A stretch of DNA of 64,000 bases from Eledone cirrhosa (GCA_964016885.1 OZ024751.1:16182001-16246000), one strand, 5' to 3'; shown: positions 29,531 to 44,520, counted from the first letter of the stretch. Numbers and translations: made by a program. The notes: generated by a model from the sequence alone, not told the origin.

Positions 29531-29751
29531 ACGTTCTTTGAAGGTTAGCTAATGTCAGTCTTGTCCTTTGTATGGTTTGGGGCTGTGTTAAATATAAGCG
29601 AGGTGGCGCAGATAGATTGAAAAGGTAGCTGATGTCATGGCGGTTAAGCATGTACGTATATGCGAGTACCTGTATATATTAGTAGATATGTCTTGCAGAG
29701 TTTTAGCTCTTTATATTTTGTGTGGTTAGATGTTGTGTATATATCATGTGA

Positions 29752-30110
29752 TGGCGCATGGCTTAGGGGTTAGATCATTAGGCTTGCTATTGAGAGGTTG
29801 TGAGTTCGATTCTCGGACCGGGTGCTGCGTTGCGTCCTTGAGCAAGAGACATTATTTCACGTTGCTCCACTTTACTCAGCTGTAGAAATGAGTTGCGACG
29901 TCACTGGTGCCAAGCTGCATTGGTCATTGCCTTTCCCCTGGACAGCATCGGTGACGTGGAGAGGGGGAGACTGGTATGTATGGGTGGTCTACTGGTCTCC
30001 CACAAAAAAATCCCCTTGCCCAGGCTTGTGCCTCGGAGGGAAACATTCTAGGTGCAAAACCATGGTAATTCGTGACCAAGTGGGGTCCCATTTGCTCATG
30101 ACTCAAAGAG
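29752..30110 (+). mobile_element. tRNA-derived SINE with CORE/V-like domain
   Basis: Head ggcgcatggcttag..gagttcgattc then gtccttgagcaag; other copies 32050-32197 (-), 44135-44222 (-), 43148-43420 (+). Confidence 0.7.
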
Positions 30111-30216
30111 ATGAGTAGGGCCAGAGAGATGGAGGCGATGACAGTGGGAGTTCGGCTGTTCCGTGTTCGGACCATGGTGTGCAGCTTCAGTTGTCCGTAG
30201 GTAGGTAGTGATTCAT

Positions 30217-30251
<35 letters not shown>

Positions 30252-30271
30252 AGTATTATATTGTTCTCTAT

Positions 30272-30404
30272 GAGTTCAAATCCCGCCGAGGCTGAGTTCA
30301 AATCCCGCCGAGGTTAACTTTGCCTTTCATCCTTACGGGGTCGATAAAATATAGTACCAGTAATACACTGGGTAATTGCTGGCCTTGTGCCTAACGTAGA
30401 AACA
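30272..30404 (+). mobile_element. Meta-type SINE, 5'-truncated with duplicated 5' segment
   Basis: TSD ATTATATTGTTCTCTAT. Confidence 0.85.
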
Positions 30405-30527
30405 ATTATATTGTTCTCTATCGGTCAATATTATAGTGAAAGGTTGAGAGCATATTTAATTAAAGATAGTTTATTCAGCTATAAGAAAACAATTTGAAAA
30501 GCATCTGGCCATTATATTTACCGAAGA

Positions 30528-30704
30528 TTGGCAGTATCAGTAGAGGGTTGGACACCATGCTTTGACGCATAGAGTTACGGCCCTTGCCATTCTGAGTTCA
30601 AATCCCGCCGAGGTTAACTTTGCCTTTCATCCTTATGGGGTCGATAAAATAAAGTACCAGTAATGCACTGGGTAATTGCTGGCCTTGTGCCAAAAGTGGA
30701 AACA
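30528..30704 (+). mobile_element. Meta-type SINE
   Basis: TSD ATTATATTTACCGAAGA. Confidence 0.85.
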
Positions 30705-30819
30705 ATTATATTTACCGAAGAGTTAGGTGATGTCATGTGTATGTGCTTGTGTGTATACATTAGCAGACAGTCTTTTATAATGTCTTGTGCTGGTATGTAT
30801 TCTAGCACCTTATGTTTTG

Positions 30820-31130
30820 TATATCTAATGTAATCGAAGAGCTGTAGATCGATTGAAAAAGGTAGCCGATGTCAGCCTTATCTTTTATATTTCCATGTGT
30901 ATCGGTGTTGTGTATCTAATCTAATCGAAGTGGTATAGATGGATTGCAAAGGTAGTTGATGTCAGCCTTATCCTTTATATTTCCATGTGGATCGGTGTTG
31001 TGCATTTAATATAATCGAAGTGGTGTAGATTTATTGAAAAGGACGCTGATCTTACCTTTATTTGTGTGGTTCGCTGTTGTGCATCTAATATTATCGAAGT
31101 GGTGAAGATCAATTCAAATGGTAGTTGAGA
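30820..31130. repeat. ~90-bp diverged tandem repeat
   Basis: atctaat.taatcgaagtgg..tagat..attgaaaaggtag.tgatgtcagcc units; related sequence at 29540-29740. Confidence 0.7.
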
Positions 31131-32199
31131 TTATTGGCCGTTTCTAAAGCGGTTGGAAACTGATGGATTTTGATAATCAGCTTTTAGGATGGTGTTAAAA
31201 TAACAACAATGAAATAACATTATGTTCTATATGCCTTAATTAATGCCTTTCATTAGTTTCTGATTTGTTGGATTCTTGTAAAAGATTTGTGTCTTAAGAT
31301 TGACAAGTGACTAGAGAATTGTTGCCACTTAAATCAAATATGAGCTTCTGGCTCTATATATCTAATTAAGCTGAGCAGGAGATGGATTAATAAGAATGAT
31401 AATGGTATCAATAAATGGGATGAGAGCCTTCAGCAAGTGCAAGAATATCAAGTTTTCATATTAGTATGCCACCACCATCCTTCAATTGGTCATTTAGAAC
31501 ATATTCCATATCAAAGTCACACATTAATTCCTATTGCTTGAGGGTAAAAACACCTTTTAAGAATAAGAGTACTACTCCGTGAAGAAATGTTGTCTTCCTT
31601 GATTATCGCTTAAGAAGTAAATTTAAAGTGAGATTTGCAAGCTATTAATCAAAAGCGAAGAGGTGTCCTTAGTGAGAGAGAGAGAGAGAGAGAGAGATAT
31701 TCCAAGCTAAATGAGCTGACATGAATAAATGTGTTCTGGGTGAGGGAAAGAGAGGTTGTTAGAATAGGGATGATAATCGTAGCGATATCCAACGTTTCGA
31801 AGGGTTTGAAAATGGCCCTTAGCATTAGGAAAAAAAAACCTACTAAGATTTCTGTATAGAACAAAGAAAACTTGAACTAATTTTAACTAGTCATTGAGGT
31901 TTAGCTCTTAGAAAGAGATTGTTTCCTTCATTCTTTCGGGTGAGATAGAGATAGATAGATAGTGTGTGTGTGACAGCTCACAGGTTTAGCTGGCCTCCGC
32001 CATGGTGTATCTCGTTTGAGGTGTCTTGGGTGATTTTAATGATAGGGACCCCAGTCATATCATCTCATTTCTACAGCTGAATAAACTGGAGCAACGTGAA
32101 AAATGTCTTGCTCAAGGAAACAACACATCTCCGAGAATTGAACTCACAACCTTTCGATTGCAAGCCCAATGTTCTAAGCACTAAGCCATGTGCCTTCAC

Positions 32200-32237
32200 T
32201 TAGATAGATAGATAGATAGATAGATAGACAGATAGAT

Positions 32238-32296
<59 letters not shown>

Positions 32297-32795
32297 AAGT
32301 GAAAGAGAGTGAGAGAGAAACAAATATACATAGATAGATGGAGCGCGAGAGAAAGAGAGAGGGAGAGAAAGAGAGAGAAAGGGCGAGAGGGAGAGAAGGA
32401 GAGAGGAAGGGCGAGAGGGAGAGCGGAAGGGTGGGAGGGAGAGAAGTAGAGAGGAAGGGCGAGAGGGAGAGAAGGAGATAGGAAGGGCGAGAGGGAGAGA
32501 AGAAGAGAGGAAGGGCGAGAATGAGAGAGGAAGGGCGAGAGGGAGAGAAGGAGAGAGGAAGGGCGAGAGGGAGAGCGGAAGGGCGAGAGGGAGAGAAGTA
32601 GAGAGGAAGGGCGAGAGGTAGAGAAGGAGAGAGGAAGGGCGAGAGGGAGAGCGGAAGGGCGAGAGGGAGAGAAGGAGATAGGAAGGGCGAGAGGGCGAGA
32701 GGGAGAGCAGAAGGGCGAGAGGGAGAGAAGGAGATAGGAAGGGAAAGAGGGAGAGCGGAAGGGCGAGAGGGAGAGAAGGAGAGAGGAAGGGCAAG
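32200..32795. repeat. Polypurine (GA)-rich minisatellite
   Basis: ggaagggcgagagggagagaaggagaga-type units. Confidence 0.9.
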
Positions 32796-32867
32796 AAAAA
32801 GATAGAGGAGTTTTTATGATCACTAATACAAATGGGATGAGTTAGAAGCAATGTTATTATTGGCAGT

Positions 32868-33003
32868 GGATTGGCAATATCGGTAGAGGATCAGACGCCA
32901 TTCTTTCCAGCAAGAGTTACGTCCCTTTATGCTCTGAGTTCAAATCCCGCCAACGTTAACTTTGCTTTTCATCCTTACGGGGTCGATAAAATAAGTAGAA
33001 ACA
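32868..33003 (+). mobile_element. Meta-type SINE (internal deletion)
   Basis: TSD ATTATTGGCAGTG. Confidence 0.75.
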
Positions 33004-33303
33004 ATTATTGGCAGTGTGTATGAATAAACTAAGGATACATTAACAGATTCGTTCGAATGTCGGATTATAAGGATCTAAGTATATTTTCAAGGAGTCCAAA
33101 CTCTGGTGAGGCCAACTTTGTTTTTCCTCTTCTGGGGGACAATGAATAAGGTACTAGCCAAGTACTGAGGTCGATTCTTCGTCTGTACATTCCCCTCCTC
33201 TTTTCCTAGAAGAAATCGGCTGTGTTCCGACTATCAAATGTTAAGACCCCTTTTACCCCCCCTCTCTTTGAACACATACAAACACACACATCCATCCATC
33301 CAT

Positions 33304-33371
<68 letters not shown>

Positions 33372-33373
33372 GT

Positions 33374-33409
<36 letters not shown>

Positions 33410-33747
33410 TAAAATAACAGATTAAAGTTTAAGCAAAGAATCGCTGCTTTCACCCTTAACGGGATCTTCTGAAACTAACAAAGTCAATCTGTAAACGCAG
33501 AACTGGATATTTCAAAAAACGTTGCAACCGGAGGAAGACAGGAAGACGATACTTTGGTTCGTGGTAACGTTCGCTGGCAAAGAACGGGAAAAAACGAATA
33601 ATACGTCATTAATAGGAGCGGTGAAAAACAATTACGCGCAAAGACAAAACCACGTTTATGGTATAAAAGAGGTCGTAGACTAATGTTCTCTTAGGTGGTG
33701 CATAGAGACGTTCTCGAGCCCTCTTTGGATTTCAATTTTATTATTAT

Positions 33748-33809
<62 letters not shown>

Positions 33810-35563
33810 GGAAAAGAGTCAAAACCCCGACGGCTGAGCTCCGACTGTTTCGACAGCTAGATCCGAACTAGCTGTCGGGGTCCTGACTATTTTTGTATTA
33901 CCAACTCTACTACCCTAAGTATAGAGAACTCTGGTGCGTTATGGTCCACCTGGTTCCTTACCAAACTTTCTTTGTTATCTGTTAGAACACGAAAAGTGTG
34001 AAACAACAGAATGTTCACTTTTCGTGTTCTAACATATATGCCTAACATCTTCATAAATTTTTCGGGGATAGCCGTGGTGGTGGTGATCGTATGTCATTGG
34101 CTAATTTTCAACCAATCAGAGTAAGTGTTGATATATATATATATATATATAAATATATATCAACACTTACTCTGATTGGTTGTGGTTACCTCCGATTCAA
34201 CCCGGAATAACGTATATATATATATATATATATACTATTCCCCCTCTCTCTATATATATCTTACGCTTTCGCTTTACACTCCTCCCCTTCAATAACACAT
34301 TTCCCCCTCTCTATATATCTCTTCCACTGTTACTTACGCCTGTTTCTCTCTATCTGTTCCGTCTCTATATATATATCTCTCTTACTCTTTCGCTTTGCAC
34401 TCCTCCCCTTCAATACCATCTCTGCCCCTCTCTATATATTTGTTACTCTATCGCTGCACGCTCCTCTCCTTCAATATATCAATTACACACGCTTTACACT
34501 CCTTTATCCCCAGCGCCCCTATATATACACCCCCCTCCCGCATCTATATTTTAATGTTCCGTTGCACCGTGAATATATGTGTCTATATATATATACATAT
34601 ATATTGTATATACACATTCATGTATGTGTATACACACTCATGTATGTATATACACTGGTTTTATGTGTGTATTGTAAATTTGTACTGTTAAAACACGAAA
34701 CTAACATTCGATTGACACTTTGATTACCTGTACAGGCAATAGTTATTAGAATGCTGTTGAAGTGTGTATATATTTTTGGGGGACATCCTGTATATACACA
34801 CATTATATATAATACAATAAACAGATAAATACACACATATATATATGAGCTTATTTAATTATAAATATTGTGAATTTTTAACTCAGTTCAATTATATATA
34901 TAAATGGCTTCTACAGGACTAGAACTGTTTCATTCGAAAGAAATCATCATAATATTGAGAGGGGGGACTAGATAAAATATTTCAAATCAAATGTGTATAA
35001 GTTATAAGTTAAAATGTATAAATAGAGACGATAGTGGAGGTATATCTGTTTAGTGGAACAGTAGACGATAGAATTAAATACAGACGAGAATCTCCCTTTA
35101 ATGAAACAGCAGACGATAGAATTAAGGCAATTTAAATTTTAAACATTTGCATTTCATCGTTACGGGGTCGATAAAATAAAGTACCAGTAATACACTGTCA
35201 CTATAAGTAGACGACTTTCAAATTGAATTGTTGGTTCCATTTCTTTAGTATTTTCAATTGTAGTTATCTACTTAAAAAGCGTTACACGGTTAGAGACATA
35301 ATTGGTAAGTTATATCTTCCCTATTAAACCATTGCATTATTTCGCCTACAATAGAACAAAAATGAAATGTTCTTTAAAGAAACAGGAATATAACTTTATA
35401 AAAAAAAAAGTTGCATCCGCTTCTTTTATCATTGATAATTTTTTCGTTTTAATATTAATTGTTTTTTGTAGTTGTTTATATTAAAAATCTTACTGTAATA
35501 TTTACTTAAACGAAGGCAGACATCTAAACTTATAGATTAATCTTGAGCGAAGGACTAGATAAA

Positions 35564-35672
<109 letters not shown>

Positions 35673-35970
35673 GAAGAATGATAACATTTCAAGCAAAGAG
35701 TTTAATTTGGTAATGACTTACAAATTTGTTTCAGTATATATTTAATATAATATTAATATATTTTGTAATATTATTAACTAATTATTATAATTAGCGCTTC
35801 AGGCTTTGTCTATATACTGAAACAAATTTGTAAGTCATTACCTAATTAAACTCTTTGCTTGAAATTTTATCACTCTTCGTTTTGAATTTCTCCTAAGTAT
35901 TCAATACTCTGTTGAGAAATACATTTTACATAAACAGTCTTTGTACCATTTATACGGTATTAATTACTTA

Positions 35971-36085
<115 letters not shown>

Positions 36086-36164
36086 CGTATGATTAGAACT
36101 GTGTTTATTATTAATATTTTAATGGATTTAATGAAAAATTTTAGGTGTTCATATATATATTCTA

Positions 36165-36225
36165 AAACTGCGCGAAATCGTGAATCCGCGATAGTTGAAC
36201 CGCCAAGTAGCGAGGTATCACTGTA
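36165..36225. mobile_element. Tigger/pogo-like terminal fragment
   Basis: ...ccgcgatagttgaaccgccaagtagcgaggtatcactg-TA. Confidence 0.5.
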
Positions 36226-36741
36226 TATATGTTTAAATATATAGTGTAGCTGTGATGTATCTCGCGAGTGAATCGAGACCTGTCACTGATTTTGGTGTCC
36301 CCACTGCCGATGTGAATGAGCAACGCTGCACTTGTGAATTGGGTCTTGATGTTGCAGGCAGTTCATATACTTACAATGATGCGGTCCCACAAGCTTGTTC
36401 ACATTCCTGTGCTAATAATCTAGATGGGCGTATTAAATTGGATGTGAAAGCAGCTTACCGGATGCGGAATCGGGAGAAGTTGAGACAAAAACAGGCCGAT
36501 TATAGAGCTGTGAATTTTGCTAAATTAACACAAAAACAGGCCAAGTATAGATGTTCAAAACGGTATGAGTTGGCAAACAAGCAGGCCAAGTATAGATCTG
36601 CAAATTCAGCTATTATATCTCAAAAGCAAGCCGAGCGTAGAGCTTCTAAACGTACCGAGTTGGCTAAAGAGCAGACCAAGTACAGATCTGCAAATATCTT
36701 ATTGCACAAACAATAATTCTGCACAAATGTTGCTCCATTAT

Positions 36742-36920
36742 TTTGGCAGTATTGGTAGAGGGTCGGATGCCATGCTTTCCAGCATAGTTACGTCCCTTTA
36801 CGATCTGAGTTCAAATCCTGCCGAGGTTGACTTTGCCTTTCATCCTTACGGGGTAGATAAAATAAAGTACCAGTAATGCACTGGGTAATTGCTGGCCTTG
36901 TGCCTAAAGTAGAAACAATT
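36742..36920 (+). mobile_element. Meta-type SINE
   Basis: Full match to family consensus; diverged copies at 38230-38400, 3590-3730, 6835-6942 and 49718-49925. Confidence 0.8.
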
Positions 36921-37104
36921 ATTAGATCTAATGTTGCAACGATACAGTTAAATGTTGTCTGTGTATTTTAAAAAAGATTTGCTTATAATCTTTTCAAATT
37001 TCATTACGCCAATGATTCAAGCTCAAATTGACATTATCTAAAAAATTGTACAAACAGCGGTGGATTAGCAGTAGTGAACAGATAAATCAGTCAATTTATT
37101 AAGA

Positions 37105-37761
37105 TTGACTTGGCATCAATCAGCAAGACCTTCATTAGCTGCTCTCCAGCCATCTATTTAAAGCTGTATACATCTATGGTACGAATACACTTGGAGTTCG
37201 CGTCATCAGTCTGGAACCCCTATCTTGCTCAGAACATTGACCTCCTGGAAACTGTTCAGAGACATGCAACCAAGCGCATACCCTCCATCAGACACCTACC
37301 ATACCCTGAATATTTTGCTTCCCTCTGGCAATGGACTTGGTAAACACCCACAAAGTTATTAACCATCCGACCAACAACAACCCCGAACACCTTTTTGATC
37401 TCCATGTGTCTAACACGTGGACATGCCTACAAAGTCAGAAAACAACACAGCTCCCATGACTTTAGGAAATATTTCTTCATGCTCAGAGTTGCTGAAGGAT
37501 GGAACAAACTTCCTGCATCAGTTGTTAGCTGATGACACACTGCATCCTTTAAAACCATCATACATTTCGAAATACACCAAAACTACACCTGATGTCCCCC
37601 TTCCATACACATGCACATATGTGTATATCATGACTCATGCACTGTTCTTTTTTCCTGACGTTTTTATATTACCCTATGTATTATATATGCACTTTTGATG
37701 AGTTGTAGTGCACCTCAGCATTGTACACAATATTTTCATTATTATTATCATTATTATTATT
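37105..37761 (+). mobile_element. CR1-like LINE 3' fragment
   Basis: LYTSMVRIHLEFASSVWNPY..LETVQRHATK, then RGHAYKV..FF..RV..WNKLP; (ATT)n tail. Confidence 0.85.
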
Positions 37762-38953
37762 ACACTCATTGATCCATTTTGCACTAACTCTGCATCAAGC
37801 ACCCTCACCTAAATATTAACCAATCAAGGATCCAATACAGCTATCTGTTGGATGAGTATTGTATAGTGCCAAAAACGAAACCAATCAGTTTAGCAGAAAG
37901 TTTCCAGACAAGAAACACGCATATTTTGCTATCCTCAAACACGTTTACACATGGCATGAAATATAACTAATCCGAGATGGCTAGGTTTCATCTTCTAACT
38001 GGATATACGAAATCCATTATGTCTTGACAACAACATGAGGTAACATTATGTTATTCACAGACACACTTTGTACACTGTTCCATATCAGAATGTATTTCCT
38101 TCGTCACATTCACAAACAGTATTGAAAATATGTTCTTCGGCAAATAAAAATGTTTTGTTCATAATATTTCAACTAGCGATTGCTCTACTCCACGCACGAC
38201 CACCATAAATTAATGACCAGCTCAACACAAGTATTGGTAGAGCGTCAGACACCATGCTTTGCAGTATTGTTATGGTCCTTTGCATTCTAAGTTCAAATCC
38301 TGCCGAGGTTAACTTCGACTTTCATACTTACTAATTCGATAAAATAAAGTACTAGTAATGGACTGCCGTAATGGATTTGTGCCGAAAAATAGAAACACTA
38401 TTAATGTGCAATAAGAGCAAAATATAACGACATTGCTCAATTATTTTATCTAATGTTGTAATAACACAAGGAAATGTTGTTTGTGTATTTTTTTTTATAT
38501 TTGCTCATAGGCTTTTACAATTTCGCTCAGCCAACAACTATTAAAAAGTGAGTTGCTTAAGATAACAATTTAATCACAAATTGTTGCTATCTTTTAATAC
38601 ACTCCAACAAGTCATCAAATTATGTACAATAAAAACAAATCTTATTAATTTGCTCAGGGAATATAAAGAAAATGTATATACACTGATAATTGCAATTGTA
38701 TGTAAATATTTTGTTTTTGTATTGTTTATTTTATGTTTTCTATTATGTATAATATATTGATTTAATATTGATTGTTTTTTGTAGTTGTTTATATTAAAAG
38801 TCTGAAAATATTTTTATACATCTTACACTAATATTTATAAGATAATTTATAATAACAATTACATAATCTAATTACATTACAACGATAATTTATTATTAAT
38901 ATATATCCTCTTTAACTAGAGTTATTACAAGCGTTGCCTTAAAAAAATATTAA

Positions 38954-39903
38954 ACTAGACATGCGCAAGCTCAAAAGTGCCACAGAATGTTATAATAAAC
39001 CTTCAAAAGTGTGGGACTAGAGTTGTTGCTAAAAAATATTGTAATCATTATATATCGTACATTCTGTGGCATCCTTTATAAAAATAGCTTAAACCAACGA
39101 AGCCTTTATTTTTACGCTATTTCACTTAGTTAATTCTTAGAGTGTAACATATAAAAATAAATACATCTATGTTTAATGTAATAACAGCTATAAATAATTA
39201 CGTAATATTATTATCATATACTCATAGTAACAAAATAATTGTGTTGAAAATTAATATGATGCTTATATGAACGATCAAATCTATAATGATAATTTCTTAA
39301 ATATACTAATAGTAAAATAATTTAGTTATCTATTGTTACATTTTCATAGAACTATAATATTAACAATCGTATTGCATTATCAAATTTTTATCAATACAAA
39401 CTTTCATATTGGAATTACCTTAAGCCACTTATTATTACTTCGCTTTCGTACTTTTACAGCTGTAGATATTGCGCTGTATCTTATATCTAATATCAATATC
39501 TCATGGTAATTTGCATGCAGTGTAAAATAGGTTTATTAATAACTTTAATATGAAATGTATTATACAGGGCTGCGGAGTCGGCCAAAAATTGACTGGCTCC
39601 AACTCAGGATCCGATATTCCCTTATTTCCTAAATTTCAGCTCCGCAGCTCTGTTATTATATTAATTAATTTATTTTATAGTTGTAAATCATATTTTTATA
39701 TGTTACACTCTAAGAATTAACTAAGTGAAATAGCGTAAAAATAAAGGTTTCGTTGGTTTAAGCTATTTTTATAAAGGATGCCACAGAATGTACGATATAT
39801 AATGATTACAATATTTTTTAGCAACAACTCTAGTCCCACACTTTTGAAGGTTTATTATAACATTCTGTGGCACTTTTGAGCTTGCGCATTTTTCATGTCT
39901 AGT
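38954..39903. mobile_element. Foldback element with ~200-bp terminal inverted repeats ending ACTAG/CTAGT
   Basis: 38954-39159 is the near-perfect reverse complement of 39691-39903. Confidence 0.7.
39565..39652. mobile_element. Small hAT MITE (88 bp)
   Basis: TIR CAGGGCTGCGGAG / CTCCGCAGCTCTG; TSD GTATTATA/TTATTATA. Confidence 0.75.
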
Positions 39904-39904
39904 A

Positions 39905-40522
39905 TATATATGTCTAAACAGAAAGAATGAGTGGAACAACAACAACACCCAAACAAACAACACTGACCTAAGAGAAGTATAAATAAGTAAATAAAATAAA
40001 ATAAAATAAAATAAGATAAATAAATACATACACAAGCACAATAACAACAAGCACATAAACACACACTAGTCACCCAGCAGACACAACACTATACACACTA
40101 GTCACACATCACACATAACACTATACACACACGCAAACGCATGCGCAAAGAAGACAAAATAAAAATAAAATAAGATAAACAAACAAGCAAATAAATAAAT
40201 AAATATATAGACAGACTGAATAAAAAATGGCGTGACATACAACACAACAGGAGGAACAATGAATATAACACCACTGACGATGTTGCAGATGTGCAACGAA
40301 AGATTTATGTAAATTATGTAAACTATATATATGTGTTTGTGTCTATATTGTATCTGTATTATTTTTGACCGTCGGTCAGTCAATGGCAACATTGAGGACC
40401 GAGTAAGTTAGACCGCAGATATAAAAGACAGCGAGAAGCGAAAACCAACCAAACAGTGAATGTGTTCTGTTATTAATTCTGGCAATATTACGCAAATATG
40501 ACCCTCCCCAAATATAACAATA
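39905..40522 (+). mobile_element. Penelope-like 3' UTR/pLTR fragment
   Basis: Shares the 3' end motif atgaccctcccaaa(g)tataacaa(TA)n with ~56700-56725 and 26388-26410 (minus); HHR-like motif inside. Confidence 0.55.
40268..40310 (+). ncRNA. Hammerhead candidate in a PLE 3' UTR related to 56330-56725
   Basis: CTGACGA-t-gttgca/tgcaac-GAAAG; stems I and III weak. Confidence 0.45.
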
Positions 40523-42022
40523 TATATATATATATATGAGAATAAACGTGCTGCGGAGTTGCAAATGGGTTACATATGAATAAAGTGGTCCTTCATCAGT
40601 CATCTTCCAACCATCATCGGTATTTCTTCGCTTTAAAGACCATATACCTCCGGTTGGTGCGAGCAACGGCTAAAGAAAGTCGTTGGGACACGTAAATAAA
40701 GGGAACAGCGAGAGTGTAAACAAACAAAGATGGTGAAGCAACTAAAAGTGAGGAAGAACGTGTCAAGTCCCAAATTCCCATGAATATAAGTTCGGTGAAA
40801 TCGTGAACGATATGTATATATGTATATATATATATATATATATATAGCGCTACTTATCCGATATCTGCATTGCTTTATTGTACTACAATAAAACTCACCT
40901 CCTACATATATATATATATATGTAGGAGAGAAACTGAGAAAAACCACAGACCCTCCATCTCAACTCACCTTTTGAAAAGCAGAAGAACTGCGAAACCGGT
41001 AAAGGAACCAAATAAATATATATATTTAAAAAAAAAATAAGACTCCAGTTGCATTTTCGATTTCATCGCTTTTCCTTTATACTTTCACTCATGTAGGACA
41101 CCGGTTATTTTTCATTTTGTAAAAAAACCCTCAGTTTCTAATATATATATATATATATATATATCAAAAGAATCGTACGAGGTTAAAAACATGTGGGCGA
41201 ATAGACGAAAATATACGAAGACACACAGTGGTCCTATCTCATCAGTTGACCACTAGAAATACTTATATCTAGCGGTCAACTCATGAGATGGGTCTGTCTG
41301 TGTTTGTTCATTTTCCTGCTTCGTTCGTACTTTTTATTCGTTATATATATATATATATATATGTTTGAACGGCTTTTGCAGGACTAGAAGAGTGTAATCT
41401 ATATGACATCCTGAGGAATATCCGTTTCAACTGCGGTCTTTACCATATCTCCATCCGAATACTACCTTTAACTATACATAGTTTTATTTGTGCATGTGTA
41501 CGCGTATGTGTGTGTGTATGCGTGTGTATGTGTGTGTATGTGTGCATGATTGTGTGTATGTAACGCAAGAAACATAAAACCATCGCGAATTCTGCTTGAG
41601 GAGTTTCAAATAAGTGTTGTAAATCTCAGCTTCAATTCTTAAATTCATTTAATTCCGTTCCACTCGAATTTTCTCCCTAAAGAATATCGAATAAACAACA
41701 GCTCGAAATATTGATTGCTACTAAATTCAATTAACATTTCTTGCGGAGTACGTACAACTGAGTAAGTAAGGAATACGGTGGCAAATATTACCACTGTAAT
41801 GGATAATATCATTATATCATTATATTATATGAATTTGTTGATATGACCAGCAGGAGAATACTAGAGAGACAGAAAGGATATCTGATACGTTTTAATGACC
41901 GCCATTTTTACATTTAACTTTGCATCATTGATCCTTCTGGAATTATATGTGTTTCACGTACATCTGTATCTCCCATATGTGTTGATATACACCCCCATTA
42001 ATGTATCTTGCGGGAGAATGAT

Positions 42023-42073
<51 letters not shown>

Positions 42074-42141
42074 TACATACATATATACACAAGTATACAT
42101 ATGTATACATATGTTTACATATACACAAGCACACAACACAC

Positions 42142-42188
<47 letters not shown>

Positions 42189-42247
42189 CATATGAACATA
42201 TGTATACATATACACAAACACACACACATACATATATATACATATAC

Positions 42248-42281
<34 letters not shown>

Positions 42282-42309
42282 GCATCGTAAATACCCATAT
42301 ATGTGTATG

Positions 42310-42420
<111 letters not shown>

Positions 42421-42989
42421 GTGTGTATGTGTGTGTACATACGTAGAAAGAATGAGAGAAAAGAAGAAATATATAAAGAGAAAGGAGACTGCAAGTGATT
42501 ATTCGAGCAACTAGAAATAGCTGCCTGCCAAATCTCCCTGAAATTACACGCAGCCATCTTGAAAATGGAGAAATACATTTAGTTTATGTAATCGTAGTTA
42601 CTGAGGCTATGGTGGTTGTGGTGAGGGATGGATGGGAGTAGGACGGAATGTGGTGCACGAATGGGAAGCCTTAGATCATATCATATACCAACTGAACCAT
42701 AGCTGACCTTGCTTCTTACAACAGCAGCTGCACCAACACGACCATCACCACCACCACCTATGCTCCCACCACCAGTACCACCAACACCACCACCACCAAC
42801 ATCACCTCCACCATCACCACCACCACCACCACCAGTACTACCAGCACAACCCCCACCAGCACCACTACAACCACCACAACTTGTTTTATCTGGTATGTAC
42901 ATATTGAAATATAAATATATATATCATTTGCTATGTATGTTTATCTATTAATATATAGATTTCCCTTTTTTCTCTCGCGGTATGTCTAT

Positions 42990-43115
<126 letters not shown>

Positions 43116-44434
43116 GTGTGTATACCCGTTTTCTTTGTGAAGACACCTGGCGTAGTTATTAGGGTGTTGGATTCACGACCGTAAGATTTTCATTTCGAAT
43201 CGTGGAACTGACATCTGTCCTTTAAAAAGACACTTTATGATTTGTACTTGTAACTCTAGGGGCCAGCGTTGTCAGACATTGTGTCACGCATTGAATCTCC
43301 CTGAGAACAACGTTAAGGGTTCACGAGTCATTTTAACCTTAATTTCAGTAGCAGACATTTCTGTTAATCGAATCAACTAGAGAGTACTCTTCGTCGAAAA
43401 CGACGGATCTCCAACAGCAAGAAAATCTTCCCTTTTAATATGTCTGTTTATCTACAAGGTTATACTTCGCCCTCCTTTACTTTTCATAGACTTTATATCT
43501 CTAATTCTCTCTCTATCAATCAATGTATCTCATTTGTAGTTTCAGTATTTCAGCGAGTACATCAGCACCTGTGTACTCATCTAATTGCTATTTAGAAAAT
43601 AACATAAGCAAACATATAATTGTGAAGTGGATTTATGAGCCAATGAAACTTTTCCCATGATATGATATAAATGTATCTCTCGGTTTAAATACAACTAGCA
43701 ATTAAAGACACATAAATTCTCTTGCTATTGAAAACCAGCTCATGGCATGATCTTAGCATTCGAAATTGATTTGTTAATGATCTCTCGTAAAAGTGTAACA
43801 ACACCTTTCAGGTTGACGTTTCCAATATTGAGCAAAGAAAGATGAATCGGTAAATAGATCACTTTACCCATTTAGAGAATCGCGAACCATTCCTTTAAAT
43901 TGATATGATCAAAAAGTAGGCGTAGCTATGTTTCTGGTGTGAAGTAGGAATGAGCATTGCGGTCATCATGACAAGATTATACACTCGCCCTCATCAATCG
44001 ACAAGAGCTCAGACCCCATTCGCTTGCCGAGTCGGGGTGAACCTCCTCAAATCGGACCAAAGAAACAATGTTTCCATTAGTCTTTCCATTGCTGATATTA
44101 TCTACTGGCCATAGCTCCTGTGGCAGAAGGAGCAACGTCTTGCTGAAGGACACAACGTATCACTCGGTCCGAGAATTGATCTCGCAACCTCACGATTGCT
44201 TATCACTAAGCCACGTGCCTTCATACGCTAGCTGATGCTAATCCCATAAATAATTTTATACGAAAAGGTGGGATACAATGAATTTATTCTAAACCACATA
44301 CACACCGTAGAGTTATATAGAAGATAAATGAGGGCGAAATATAGAATCAAAAGTTCACTCAAAATATATATTGTTTATCTCTGTACTTACTATACATACA
44401 TATATAATTGTATCTATATATAAATATATATTAA

Positions 44435-44465
<31 letters not shown>

Positions 44466-44520
44466 TGATTTAAAACTGCACTATCCACAAGTGTTTTTTA
44501 GCCTTCATATCATGTTCTCC

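Noticed and set aside
34905-34955. Hammerhead-like motif on minus strand
   Set aside because: Core reads ATGATGA and stem I does not form.
42709-42951. Proline-rich ORF (formin/extensin-like)
   Set aside because: Degenerate (CCA)n repeat with no supporting exon context.
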